A DNA stretch of 64,000 nt from a virus (IMGVR_UViG_3300032240_002285:35746-99745); one strand, 5' to 3'; shown: positions 38,272 through 48,704, counted from the first letter of the stretch. Notes: generated from the letters alone by a model not told the origin. Made by a program: numbers and translations.

Positions 38272-38952
38272 ATGAACATAGGACAAGATTTTCAAAACTA
38301 TTACACAAACCACTTAGGTAAAAATTCGTTAGACTTACATTACGCGGGTAAACAAATTGAATCTTCAATGACACCTTACATTTTGGAAGAGAGAGAAATG
38401 AGAGCAACTCAAATGGATATCTTTTCAAGATTAATGAGAGACCGCTTGTTATGGGTTGCAGGTCCTGTGGATGACCGTATGTCCACCGTAGTTCAAGCAC
38501 AGTTAATGTATTTGGACTCAACTGATAAATCGGACATCACGATGCATATTGACTCTCCTGGTGGAAATGTTAAATCAGGTTTATCTATGGTTGATGTTAT
38601 GGATTATATCAAATGTGATATCCGAACTGTCAATACAGGTATGGCGGCTTCTATGGGTTCAGTTTTATTAGGTGCGGGTACCAAAGGTAAACGTAGTTCT
38701 TTACGGTTCTCTCGTACTATGTTACACCAATCATCAGGTGGTGCTGGCGGTAACATCCAAGACGCTCGTGTAACTTTTAAAGAATGGGAAAAGATTAACC
38801 TTGTATTATTTGAATTACTTGGAGGTTATTGTGGTAAAACCTCAGAACAAGTAATGAATGATGCAACCCGTGATTTATGGTTGAGTGCTGAAGAAGCCTT
38901 AGAATATGGTATTATTGACGAGATTGTAAAACCAAAAAAGAAGGGTGTTTAA
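38272..38952 (+). CDS. clpP: ATP-dependent Clp protease proteolytic subunit
   Basis: MDIFSRL, DSPGG, GMAASMGS (Ser), MLHQ (His), RDLWLSAEEALEYGIID (Asp). Confidence 0.96.
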   Translation: MNIGQDFQNYYTNHLGKNSLDLHYAGKQIESSMTPYILEEREMRATQMDIFSRLMRDRLLWVAGPVDDRMSTVVQAQLMYLDSTDKSDITMHIDSPGGNVKSGLSMVDVMDYIKCDIRTVNTGMAASMGSVLLGAGTKGKRSSLRFSRTMLHQSSGGAGGNIQDARVTFKEWEKINLVLFELLGGYCGKTSEQVMNDATRDLWLSAEEALEYGIIDEIVKPKKKGV

Positions 38953-39037
38953 CCCTTCTTTTTTTTGAGACCTTAGAACACCTCCCTTTCGTTTTAATTC
39001 TCATTTATATCCAATAAGCTCTCGCTTGATGAATCAA

Positions 39038-39697
39038 TTAACTTACAGCAGTTTTTAATTTGTTTTGAACTGCTTTTGCATTTTGAGTAAATCCGTTGAA
39101 TAAACTACAAATGCTTCCCGATAGTTGAGACTCTAATTGTGCGACAAATGAATTACTTTTTATTGCTCCTCCAATTAAGTTTCTTAATAATGATGGTCCT
39201 TTACCACCTGCACCATGTTCTTCCATCATTGACATCACCATTGACTCAACGATAGATTCAGAAATTAATTTTGTTAATAATTTACAATCTTTCATTGCAT
39301 TAATTAAATCTGAAGGTTTTGAAGTTATAAATGAAACCATAAAATTTTTAAGTTTCCCTCTAAAACCTATACTATCAAGAATTTTTCCTACAACAGGTTC
39401 TGCAATAGTTTCAACACCACTACCAAATAAACCTCCAAATAAATCCTTGATAATACCCGCAAAATCTGCTTGTTCATTAATTAAATTGTTTTCTTGTAAG
39501 AATGCAAGTTCTTGTAAAATAACAAAATTCAATTTAAGTTGTTTGGACTCTGATAAACTGTTATAGTCATCAATAGTTTTTATATTACCAGCAATCATTT
39601 TGAGTCTTTTTTTAACTAAACTTTGTTCAATTAAAAATTTTTCTTTTTGTTCTTTTGTTTCAAGAATTGTTTTTCTTATTTGTTTATTAAGTTTCAT
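39038..39697 (-). CDS. Hypothetical late protein
   Basis: IRKTILE, LSES, LINEQ sites. Confidence 0.55.
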   Translation of the reverse strand: MKLNKQIRKTILETKEQKEKFLIEQSLVKKRLKMIAGNIKTIDDYNSLSESKQLKLNFVILQELAFLQENNLINEQADFAGIIKDLFGGLFGSGVETIAEPVVGKILDSIGFRGKLKNFMVSFITSKPSDLINAMKDCKLLTKLISESIVESMVMSMMEEHGAGGKGPSLLRNLIGGAIKSNSFVAQLESQLSGSICSLFNGFTQNAKAVQNKLKTAVS

Positions 39698-39701
39698 ATT
39701 G

Positions 39702-40760
39702 TTAGTTTAATAACCATTTACTTGTTCTTGATGGCATTGATAACCCATCAAATTCATTAGCTTTACGAGATAAAACATCTATCTTTTTATCTATTTGATT
39801 ACCTGCAAGTCCTAATAATCCCCATCTATTTGGATAGTATCTTCTCTTACATGCCATTACTTGAGCTTTCTTTTTATTAAATTCAACATCATCTCCAGAA
39901 ATGTCATCTCTATAATCTTCCCAATATTGATTAATCAATTTTTTACATTCTTGTGGGTTAATTTCACCACCTGCAGGTAATTGTTCACCTTTTTCATCAG
40001 CCTTTTTAAATAATCCTCTTTTGTCTATATAAGCAACTATTCCATTTGGGAATAATCCTCCTAATTGCTCATTGTCAAATTTAACTGGTGTTAATCCTGT
40101 TTTTTGTAAAGGTGTTGGGTCTAGTACATATCCTTGGTTAACAAGTTTTTGTAAAATTTCTCTTTCAGGAGAACCTTCAGGATAATCATCAGGTTTTGTT
40201 GCTAAGAATTCTTTTCTGTAAAGTGGGATGTATAAAAAATTAGTATCAACCCCTTTGAATGGTATCTTTTTATAAACCGAAGGGTCGTCTGCTTTACTTT
40301 TATACTGAAGTTCTGAGTATTCTTGTGCTTTGGATTTGTCTTTATATTCATTTTTTAAATCGTCCATACTTTTTTGTTGTACCTTTTCAGTAGCAGCATT
40401 CATATTAGGACAAGCCCACTTATATGTACCTTTTTTAACATTTTCTTTACTTAAAACATCATATGTAAAGTCGGCATTGATTAACAATTTATCACCTATA
40501 ATATATTTTTGGGCATTATCTTTGGTTGCAACTTTATAATAAGTTGGTTTTCCACCATAACTTATAACTTGACCACCTGTAACGCATCCAGCGGCAATTG
40601 CACCATCTAAAACTGGGTCATTAACAACTCCTGTTTTAAGTTGCTCTTGAATAAGCCCTCTATTTAAACTTTCTAAGTTTTCTTGTAGAACTTTTTTAAA
40701 ATCTTGGTGTTTTTGTAAGATTTGTGATTTTTCGTCCTCTTGTATTAACATTTTTTTCAT
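39702..40760 (-). CDS. Hypothetical late protein
   Basis: LIQEDEKSQILQKH N-terminal motif. Confidence 0.55.
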   Translation of the reverse strand: MKKMLIQEDEKSQILQKHQDFKKVLQENLESLNRGLIQEQLKTGVVNDPVLDGAIAAGCVTGGQVISYGGKPTYYKVATKDNAQKYIIGDKLLINADFTYDVLSKENVKKGTYKWACPNMNAATEKVQQKSMDDLKNEYKDKSKAQEYSELQYKSKADDPSVYKKIPFKGVDTNFLYIPLYRKEFLATKPDDYPEGSPEREILQKLVNQGYVLDPTPLQKTGLTPVKFDNEQLGGLFPNGIVAYIDKRGLFKKADEKGEQLPAGGEINPQECKKLINQYWEDYRDDISGDDVEFNKKKAQVMACKRRYYPNRWGLLGLAGNQIDKKIDVLSRKANEFDGLSMPSRTSKWLLN

Positions 40761-40770
40761 ATCTAATATA

Positions 40771-41718
40771 TTACGAGCCTGGATTTATATCTGGTTCATT
40801 AAATGTATCCGTAACACTTAATGACGGGTCTTCTTCAACTTTAGTTGTTGTACAAATTTTAGTGATATCTGCATCTGTAAATGAAGTAATTCCTTTAGCT
40901 GCTAATGCTTTTTTAGTTTTTGGTCCAAATTTTCCATCAGGAGTTAATCCACCAAGACATGCCTGTACTTTAGAAATTGCTTCTGATTTACACCCGTAAC
41001 TGTAAGTTCCTGAACATGGCTTATATCCACCTCCAGATTTTTTACCGCCAGTACCTCCACCTTTTTTTTGTTCTTCAGGTTTCAACACTACTTCAGTATC
41101 TTCAATCATCCCCTCAAGAGGTCTTGTGAACATTTTCCATTCATCAGGACTATCAGTCAAATCATCTAAAAATTCCGCAAGTCCACCAGTAACTTTACTG
41201 TTCACTGCACATAAATCGGCAACCGTTGGGATTTTAGTCAATGCTTGTACAATCGCATCTTCATCATCATTCCATTGACCTTTTGCATCCTCTATTGAAT
41301 ATGCAATTTGACGAATTTCGCTTTTAGATAATTTTGGGACTAATCTTGATGCTCCTTTTGCACTACATGCAGAGATTAGTTGTCTAAATCCCGCCTCACC
41401 TTTATCGTGATTTGATGCCCAACTAGCTAACATTCCTAAACCTAACCCTGCTAAAGCACCAACCGAAGTACCTACAACAGGAAATACACTACCTAAAGTT
41501 GCACCTGCAGTCATGGCCGCTGCAATCCCACCTCCTGCAGCAGTTGCACCTACTCCAGCACCTAATAAAGTATTTCCAACAAGAGTTGGGTCTATACTAC
41601 CAGCAGTTTGTTCTTTAATTATTTTTTTATTTTCATCTAAAGTTTTTGATGAATCATATTCCATCATTAACTTGATTCTCTGTAATGCCTCTTCAGGATT
41701 ATATTTAGGTTGTACCAT
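40771..41718 (-). CDS. Protein with glycine-zipper TM region and C-terminal peptidoglycan-binding domain
   Basis: VQACLGGLTPDGKFGPKTKKAL. Confidence 0.65.
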   Translation of the reverse strand: MVQPKYNPEEALQRIKLMMEYDSSKTLDENKKIIKEQTAGSIDPTLVGNTLLGAGVGATAAGGGIAAAMTAGATLGSVFPVVGTSVGALAGLGLGMLASWASNHDKGEAGFRQLISACSAKGASRLVPKLSKSEIRQIAYSIEDAKGQWNDDEDAIVQALTKIPTVADLCAVNSKVTGGLAEFLDDLTDSPDEWKMFTRPLEGMIEDTEVVLKPEEQKKGGGTGGKKSGGGYKPCSGTYSYGCKSEAISKVQACLGGLTPDGKFGPKTKKALAAKGITSFTDADITKICTTTKVEEDPSLSVTDTFNEPDINPGS

Positions 41719-41747
41719 TTTAACTTTTATTTATAAATATCTTATTA

Positions 41748-41996
41748 TTACCAAATTTGATTAGCAGCTCCTCTTGTAAGACCTGTTGTCCATTTTTCTC
41801 CACTTTTCCATAACATATTAGCCTTTCCTCTTTTTAATGGGTAAGAATCCTCCCATTTAGGAACTGAAGAAGAACTTCCTCCTGATGAAGGTGGTGATGC
41901 AGGTGCTGCATCGTCTTGTTCATCCATTTCTTCTTTAGTTGTGTTCGGAGTATTTTTTTGAAAAAAATGTATTAAGTAATCTACTTCTAAATTCAT
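41748..41996 (-). CDS. Hypothetical protein
   Basis: Repeated W...L.RG.AN motif. Confidence 0.5.
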   Translation of the reverse strand: MNLEVDYLIHFFQKNTPNTTKEEMDEQDDAAPASPPSSGGSSSSVPKWEDSYPLKRGKANMLWKSGEKWTTGLTRGAANQIW

Positions 41997-42017
41997 AGTT
42001 ATAAATATCTAACGATA

Positions 42018-42317
42018 TCAATAAAAATCCGCTTTAGGTAATGCTTTAGGGTTCATTTCATAATACTCATTCAAGAATGAAATTAACTCATCTTCGTCTA
42101 ATTCTATTTTATCTTCTTCATATAATTCATCTTCAAACTCGTTGTCAAAAAAATCGAAAGATTCTGATTCAAGTACGTACCCATAATCTTCAGCAACGGT
42201 ATAATCTATATTATCAAATCTTAAAACATCATCCTCGTCATTAACTGTTCTAAAAGATACTTCCAAAATATTTGAACTTGTATTCAAGAAGTAAGACACA
42301 ATTTCTTTAATTTCCAT
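42018..42317 (-). CDS. Acidic hypothetical protein
   Basis: 99 aa ORF. Confidence 0.5.
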   Translation of the reverse strand: MEIKEIVSYFLNTSSNILEVSFRTVNDEDDVLRFDNIDYTVAEDYGYVLESESFDFFDNEFEDELYEEDKIELDEDELISFLNEYYEMNPKALPKADFY

Positions 42318-42433
42318 ATTAATGTAATTTTATAATGAAATATTACAAAGGGTAGCAAAAGTCAGTATTTTTCTTATAAAAAATGATTTTTTTATTACTA
42401 TTTATGATTATACTTTATCTATAAAACTATAAT

Positions 42434-43015
42434 ATGAGATTTAATTCACTAACAATTGATGACTTTTATGCAAATCCTATGGAAGTTAGAGAGTTTGCAC
42501 TTAAACAAGAATTTAAAGTAAGAGGAAATTACCCTGGTCAAAGAACTGAGCCATTTTTATCTGATAGTATTAAGAAAAAAATAAGAGATATTCTTTATCC
42601 ATTTGCAGGTGAAATCACTTGGTGGGGCGGAGAATATACGGGCTCATTTCAATATACTACAGCAACTGATAGGTCATGGATTCATGCAGATTCAACAACT
42701 GATTGGGCTGCAGTACTTTACTTAACTCCTGATGCACCTGTAACCGCTGGTACTGGAATTTTTAGACATAAGAAAACTGGATGGATGCACTACGATTACA
42801 AACGAGCAAATGATGAAGAATACAAAAAACAAGCACCTCCTGGTGATGAATGTCAAGATTATACTAAATGGGAAATGGTTGATAGAGTAGGTAATATATT
42901 TAACAGACTAATTATGTACCGTGCAGATAACTATCATGTTTCTTTGGATTACTTTGGAAAAGATATAAATGACGGTCGATTATTCCAAGTATTTTTCTTC
43001 AATACTGAACGTTAA
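42434..43015 (+). CDS. 2OG-Fe(II) oxygenase-like (DUF6445-like)
   Basis: IDDFY.NP, YPGQRT, WIHAD, VLYLTP, FNRL, H, RLFQVFF. Confidence 0.8.
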   Translation: MRFNSLTIDDFYANPMEVREFALKQEFKVRGNYPGQRTEPFLSDSIKKKIRDILYPFAGEITWWGGEYTGSFQYTTATDRSWIHADSTTDWAAVLYLTPDAPVTAGTGIFRHKKTGWMHYDYKRANDEEYKKQAPPGDECQDYTKWEMVDRVGNIFNRLIMYRADNYHVSLDYFGKDINDGRLFQVFFFNTER

Positions 43016-43452
43016 TCTAATTTAGCGTTCAGTATATATTTAGGGTTTAATAAATATATCATATCAAGAACACCTTCCAAACATAAACAGTGTCCTTCAA
43101 ACGTAGAGGTAACTTTTCTACGTTTGTTGAATGCTAGAATAATTGTATTGAACTCGTTTGTTTCAGGTATCCAAAGGTTTTTAGCGGATATACCAAGATT
43201 AATAAGAAAATCGTAACTATCTTCAAGATAAGACTCAAAATAAGGGATATCAATTTTATCTAATAATCCCTTTAATTGATGCCCTCTAAGACTATGTTTT
43301 TGTTCGAAGTAAGAAAAAATCATTACTGGTCCAGTACTTTCTTTTCTGACAAAGTGCCATAAATAAAATTCGTTTTCACGACTTATTCTTTCATAGTCCT
43401 CAACTTTTACTCTTTCTCTAATCATTATCTTAAATTTGCGCCACAAAGCCAA
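43012..43452 (-). CDS. Hypothetical protein
   Basis: ORF track. Confidence 0.45.
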   Translation of the reverse strand: MALWRKFKIMIRERVKVEDYERISRENEFYLWHFVRKESTGPVMIFSYFEQKHSLRGHQLKGLLDKIDIPYFESYLEDSYDFLINLGISAKNLWIPETNEFNTIILAFNKRRKVTSTFEGHCLCLEGVLDMIYLLNPKYILNAKLD

Positions 43453-44018
43453 GTAACTAAAGATGTTCTGATACCTGAAGTTAATGGAGTTACTCTATGA
43501 AGTACAAACGACGGGAAGAAACAAATCAATCCTTTTTGTCTTGGTACTGTTAATATACTTCCGCCAATGTTCATTTGTAATTCACCACCTTCATATTCAC
43601 TTGGGTCTGAAAGTTGTAATACTACCGATAATTTTCTGTTTGACATATTAGGACCTAAATCTGCATGCCAGTCATAATGTCCACCATCACCATTATAAGT
43701 AGTGTATTGTAAACTATCGTGATATCCCCAAATATCAAAGTTCCACATTTCTCTATTGGCAATCATAGCCAAATCGGCAATTTTAGAATATAACCATGTA
43801 GAGTCATTATTATCAGGAATCCATGCGATATCGCTCTTACGATACTCTGAAACTTTTCCATCAGAACCTCCGCCAGTTTCACCTTTTTGTTTAGGTATTG
43901 AATCTCCAATTTTTTTGATTTTATCTATTGTTTCATCATTAAATTCTTTATCAAAATAATAATAATTGAAGTGGTTTACCTGATTTCTTTGAGTAGGGAA
44001 AAAATAATTTGCTGACAT
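43425..44018 (-). CDS. 2OG-Fe(II) oxygenase (prolyl-hydroxylase/PKHD type)
   Basis: YDWHAD, RKLS, YEGGEL, FPSFVLHRVTP...G.R.SLV.W. Confidence 0.9.
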   Translation of the reverse strand: MSANYFFPTQRNQVNHFNYYYFDKEFNDETIDKIKKIGDSIPKQKGETGGGSDGKVSEYRKSDIAWIPDNNDSTWLYSKIADLAMIANREMWNFDIWGYHDSLQYTTYNGDGGHYDWHADLGPNMSNRKLSVVLQLSDPSEYEGGELQMNIGGSILTVPRQKGLICFFPSFVLHRVTPLTSGIRTSLVTWLCGANLR

Positions 44019-44085
44019 TTTATAAAATTTAGTTATACTAATTATAATAAACGAGTAAGACCAATTCAACATTAAACATCACATT

Positions 44086-45078
44086 ATGACAAAAAAAAGA
44101 AAAATAATTGACATAATCTTTTTCAATGGTGAAATTGATATACTAAAATTCAGATTATTTGAATTAAACCCATTCGTTGATACTTTTATAATTATTGAAT
44201 CGTTATCTAATTCTTCAGAACTTGTTAAACATAATAAATTTTTTGACGAATATAATGAAAAACTTATTCATTTATACGTACCTATTGATTTCGGTTTTAG
44301 TGATAGGATTGATTTAATATATAAGACATTACAAAAACTTGAGTTGAATTTTGAAGATGTAATTGCAGTATCAAATACTAATGAAGTACCTGATTTTTCC
44401 AAATTTAGTAATGTTATTGAAGAATTAAAATACGGAATAGTTTATTTAAAACCTCAAAAATTTGTTTGGAATATCAATCATATTGATAAAAATAGAGATG
44501 TTGGTTCTTTAATTTTCTTATACACATCTCTAATTCAAAATAAACGTAATATACTTGAATTTTATTCAAATAAAGATTTATTTAATTTATCTTGTGAAAA
44601 AATAGAAAACGGATGGAAATTTGTTGGATTTAATTTAAATGATAGAATAGGTTTTGAATACCAAATTGAAGAAAAATTACCAATGACTAAAGTTAATTCA
44701 GTTACAACATATCAATTGACTGAATCAAAATTTATTGATTTACCCATAAATTATAAATTACTCCCTAAAAATAAAATTGGAAGAAATTCAAACAAAAACC
44801 ATTTATTCATAGTTAATGAATTACCTGAATCTACAATTAAAGAATTTGAACAAAAATACGACACAATTTCAATTATTAAATTTATATCAGATGTTAATGA
44901 ACAGTTAGGCATAAAAATTACCGATAAAATTACAAAACATTCAATTTTTGTGCCCAATAAAATACTTTACGGTACAGATAGTTTGAATGAATTTCAAGAG
45001 AAATATAAACTAAATGAAATTGAAAGGTTAAAACATACTTTATTTCTAAAAGAACAAGATACTGTAACTATATTATAA
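44086..45078 (+). CDS. Divergent GT17-like glycosyltransferase
   Basis: IIDIIFFNGEIDILKFRLFEL.PFVD.FIIIES; the SDxDE motif appears as SNTNE. Confidence 0.55.
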   Translation: MTKKRKIIDIIFFNGEIDILKFRLFELNPFVDTFIIIESLSNSSELVKHNKFFDEYNEKLIHLYVPIDFGFSDRIDLIYKTLQKLELNFEDVIAVSNTNEVPDFSKFSNVIEELKYGIVYLKPQKFVWNINHIDKNRDVGSLIFLYTSLIQNKRNILEFYSNKDLFNLSCEKIENGWKFVGFNLNDRIGFEYQIEEKLPMTKVNSVTTYQLTESKFIDLPINYKLLPKNKIGRNSNKNHLFIVNELPESTIKEFEQKYDTISIIKFISDVNEQLGIKITDKITKHSIFVPNKILYGTDSLNEFQEKYKLNEIERLKHTLFLKEQDTVTIL

Positions 45079-45109
45079 AAAAACCCCTCTTTTTAGGAGG
45101 GGTTTCATT

Positions 45110-46468
45110 TTAATATTTGTTAACTCTGTTAAACATTTCCATAATTTTGTTTTTTTGGTTAAAGAATGATTCTTTCAAATCTTCATCAACCTCTTCCCAA
45201 TCTCCTAACTTGCTTTTGATATCTTCCCAATAAGTGTCACTTTTAGGGTCTAAATCATAATCTTCATAATCAGATGGGTCAAATTCATCAGAGTCATAAT
45301 CTTCACCGTTTTTCTCGGCATCTTGTTTTCTTTTTGCGTGTTTCCAAACATGTGGTGGTAAAAATTGTTCGTCAGTTTCGCCTTCATACTGACTTTGTTG
45401 ATATGGTCCTGCTTTACCTGGGCCATCACTGTCAAAATCATATGCCTTTTCCATTCCTCCGTAGATTCCTTGAACTCCTGAAACATCAACTTCATCCATC
45501 TCTTCAGCCCAAGCCGATTCCATCATTTCTGGTTCGTAAGCATACATATCGTCTTCTGTCATTGGTTCGTAGTCAGCACTATTTGTATCTTCATCTTCAA
45601 AATCTAATTCATTTACTGGATAAACATCTCCACCATTCATTGGCCCACCAGATTCAAAATCATACGCTGATGCAACATCGCCAACATTCATATCATCAAC
45701 ATTTCCACCTTGTTCAGTAACATTTTCTTTTTTACCTAACAAATCAGTATTAATTAAATTTAAATCCATCAATCTTTTTGTTAAAACTTTTCTTGGTAGT
45801 TTTCTCAAATATCTAATAACAATTGGTGGAATATCGTTACCATATTCACCAAAAAGTTTTTCTAAAATATCTTTTTCTTTTGGTGTTGGTTCAAAAGTTG
45901 CTCTTGTACGAGAAGCTTTCATTCCCATTTTACCTTTTTCGTAAGGTTTGTCGTCAGAATCTTCTTCTGACATTTCAGATGCGTTTATATCTTCAAATCC
46001 ATCATCTTCATTATCGGGGTCTTCTACATCTTGTTCTTTATAAAGATTCTTGTGACTTCCTTCAAAAGTATCTTTATCGTTGGATGAACCTTCAATGTAG
46101 TCAAATCCTGCAGTTGGATTTAAATCTTCTTCATGGTAGATATCATCTAAATGACCAGTTTCTTCTTCCATGTGACCGTAGTTGCACTCAGTACACATAC
46201 CTTCCATCATCATTGCGCCACACTCATCACAAACTTCTTTTTGTTCGACTTGTTCGTTGATACCCATATTACTGTATCTCTTAACTTCACCTTTGTTATT
46301 TACAACCATTCCCTCTTTGTCACCTGCAAAATCGTGAACATATAGTGGTTGTTGGTTTGACACTTCTGGTTGCATGGTTCTATAACCATCGTATACGTGT
46401 CTGTGTTTGTCTAATATATCTGACTTTTCCTCTGCAGACAATTGACCTAATCCGAAATATCCTCTCAT
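45110..46468 (-). CDS. Acidic late protein with repeated AYDF.S.GP motif
   Basis: LSAEEKSDILDKH N-terminus; CxxC...CxxC; many M-x-E sites. Confidence 0.55.
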   Translation of the reverse strand: MRGYFGLGQLSAEEKSDILDKHRHVYDGYRTMQPEVSNQQPLYVHDFAGDKEGMVVNNKGEVKRYSNMGINEQVEQKEVCDECGAMMMEGMCTECNYGHMEEETGHLDDIYHEEDLNPTAGFDYIEGSSNDKDTFEGSHKNLYKEQDVEDPDNEDDGFEDINASEMSEEDSDDKPYEKGKMGMKASRTRATFEPTPKEKDILEKLFGEYGNDIPPIVIRYLRKLPRKVLTKRLMDLNLINTDLLGKKENVTEQGGNVDDMNVGDVASAYDFESGGPMNGGDVYPVNELDFEDEDTNSADYEPMTEDDMYAYEPEMMESAWAEEMDEVDVSGVQGIYGGMEKAYDFDSDGPGKAGPYQQSQYEGETDEQFLPPHVWKHAKRKQDAEKNGEDYDSDEFDPSDYEDYDLDPKSDTYWEDIKSKLGDWEEVDEDLKESFFNQKNKIMEMFNRVNKY

Positions 46469-46631
46469 AAATTTTAAATTTTATTATAAATACTTTTAAT
46501 TTTACATTTGACATAATAAATGGAAAGGTTTATCTTTTCATTAACAAGTCGTGTTTCTTGTTTCTCATTTGATAGTATCTTGGTAATTTACTCTTAGGCC
46601 TAACAGAAACACACTTGTTTTTTCATTCAAT

Positions 46632-46886
46632 ATGGGTATAGAAGACTACGATATTCACGAATTTGCAGAAGGAGCCATTATATTGGATGGACTTGATGAC
46701 GCTATAATCGGTATTGTAGAAGAATTTGGTAATGGCCCTCGTATCTTATACTCCAAACCTAAAATTCTTAATATTCTCTGTAAAAGAGACTTAATGACTC
46801 AAAGTGAGGCTGAAGAATTTTATGACTACAATATTATTGGTCTTTACGCTGGAGAACAAAATCCTGTATTTTTAATTACGGAATAA
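46632..46886 (+). CDS. Phage hypothetical protein
   Basis: DGLDDAIIG...EAEEFYDYNIIG.YAGE..P. Confidence 0.6.
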   Translation: MGIEDYDIHEFAEGAIILDGLDDAIIGIVEEFGNGPRILYSKPKILNILCKRDLMTQSEAEEFYDYNIIGLYAGEQNPVFLITE

Positions 46887-46904
46887 TTTTCTTATCTTTG
46901 TATT

Positions 46905-47579
46905 ATGATGAAGATAGAATTACAGAAGGGCCAAAACATTTGGGTGACATCTGACACCCACTATAACCACAAAAACATTTGTAGGGGTGTAACTAATTGG
47001 AGAACTCAAGATGGTAAGGTTCCCGATAGTCAAACACGAGATTTCAAAACTCTTGAGTTGATGAATCAGGCTATTGTAAACAACATTAACCTCAATGTTG
47101 GTCAAGATGATATTTTGATTCACCTTGGTGACTGGTCGTTTGGTGGATTTGAAAATATTGAGATTTTTCGTAATAGAATCATTTGTCAAAACATTCACTT
47201 AATTCTTGGAAACCACGACCACCACATTGAAAGAAACCGTGGAGATATTCAACAATCATTTTTAAGCGTTAATACATTAGAACAATTTGATTTGAAATGG
47301 GAAGGTGGTAAAGAGACATTTACTATTTGTCACTATCCTCTCGCATCTTGGAATAATATGAACACAGGTGTGATTCACTTACACGGTCACGTTCACTTAC
47401 CTACAGACAAAAAATTTGGTAAAGGAAAAAAAATGGATGTTGGAATGGACGGTCATCCTGAATTTAGACCATATAACATTATTAGAGAAATTATTCCATT
47501 AATGAAAAAACGAGAAATTAAATCGGATATGTTTTTTGACCACCACGAAGAAAGATTTGAAGGACAAGATGTTGGATAA
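46905..47579 (+). CDS. Calcineurin-like metallophosphoesterase
   Basis: SDTHYNH, HLGDW, GNHD, CHYP, HGHVH. Confidence 0.92.
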   Translation: MMKIELQKGQNIWVTSDTHYNHKNICRGVTNWRTQDGKVPDSQTRDFKTLELMNQAIVNNINLNVGQDDILIHLGDWSFGGFENIEIFRNRIICQNIHLILGNHDHHIERNRGDIQQSFLSVNTLEQFDLKWEGGKETFTICHYPLASWNNMNTGVIHLHGHVHLPTDKKFGKGKKMDVGMDGHPEFRPYNIIREIIPLMKKREIKSDMFFDHHEERFEGQDVG

Positions 47580-47766
47580 AAAGAAACCCTGTAGAGAATG
47601 TCCTTGGATTGTGAGGAACAAACACAATGATACAATTGTGAAATTCTCAAAAGAAAAAAATAAGAATCACAATTGTCACATGACAGAGGGTTCAAAGAAT
47701 CTTTGGAAAGTAAACAAAGACACGGAATGTGTAGGACGTAAATTGAATACGAATTATGGAAAATAA
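47569..47766 (+). CDS. Small Cys-rich protein
   Basis: KKPCRECPW...HNCH...CVG. Confidence 0.5.
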   Translation: MLDKKKPCRECPWIVRNKHNDTIVKFSKEKNKNHNCHMTEGSKNLWKVNKDTECVGRKLNTNYGK

Positions 47767-48085
47767 AGAATATATCTTATGCACATCAGTTTGGTATAAA
47801 GACCTGCCAATGAAAAAAGGTGAGGTCTTAAATAATCGTGGATTCAGACCATATAATGTTGATAGAGGTATTGTAATCAGCGGTTGGGGGCACGGAAATT
47901 GTATCTATCAAATGGTTGCAATTACAGGTCTTAAATCAAATCCTGACGAAGCTGGTGAAGAAGTACAAGGATTTCTTACCAACAAGAATAGATTTGTTGA
48001 CAGGGAAGAAGCCGCCCAAATCGCATTTGATGCTGGACAAACAGAAGAAAAAAAGATAAGATTATTCTCAGAAGATTTATACTAA
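47756..48085 (+). CDS. Phage hypothetical protein
   Basis: QGFLTNKNRFVDREEA...LFSEDLY. Confidence 0.65.
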   Translation: MENKEYILCTSVWYKDLPMKKGEVLNNRGFRPYNVDRGIVISGWGHGNCIYQMVAITGLKSNPDEAGEEVQGFLTNKNRFVDREEAAQIAFDAGQTEEKKIRLFSEDLY

Positions 48086-48086
48086 A

Positions 48087-48470
48087 ATGAAAAATTTAAT
48101 ATTATTAAGAGGACTACCTGGTAGTGGAAAATCCACCCTTTCTCAACTATTTTCAGCCTTCACATTGGAATCGGACATGTATTTTATACAAGATAGAAAA
48201 TACAACTTTGATGCAACCAAACTAAAAGAAGCTCATCAATGGTGTCAAGACCAATGCAAATCATATATGCAAAGAGAAAAACCAAAGATTGTAATATCAA
48301 ATACATTTACTCAAGAATGGGAAATGAAACCATACATAGATTTGGCAAATCAACATGGATATACTATCTTTACAATTGTTGTTGAAAACAGACATGGAAA
48401 CTCAAGTGTTCATAATGTTCCTGAAGAAACAATCAATAAAATGAAAAACAGATTTGAAATTAAAATTTAA
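48087..48470 (+). CDS. P-loop kinase (AAA_33, polynucleotide-kinase-like)
   Basis: LRGLPGSGKST, SNTF, HNVPEETI.KM. Confidence 0.85.
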   Translation: MKNLILLRGLPGSGKSTLSQLFSAFTLESDMYFIQDRKYNFDATKLKEAHQWCQDQCKSYMQREKPKIVISNTFTQEWEMKPYIDLANQHGYTIFTIVVENRHGNSSVHNVPEETINKMKNRFEIKI

Positions 48471-48482
48471 CAACCACATAAC

Positions 48483-48704
48483 ATGCAAATTCAAACATTA
48501 GTATTCAACACAACAAAAAAAACAATTAAAGTAACTGAGGGTCATTTCTATGATTCTAAAATCCTTTTTGAAGCTCAAAATGTATCTACCGTAAAAGTAT
48601 TACCTGAAGGTCTTTACGAAGTGATGCAAAAAGATGAAAACGATAACACACGACCAATCTTACGTTTTCCAATCTCTTACACAAACATGGTCATTGAAAA
48701 ATAA
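48483..48704 (+). CDS. Hypothetical protein
   Basis: 73 aa, in operon. Confidence 0.5.
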   Translation: MQIQTLVFNTTKKTIKVTEGHFYDSKILFEAQNVSTVKVLPEGLYEVMQKDENDNTRPILRFPISYTNMVIEK

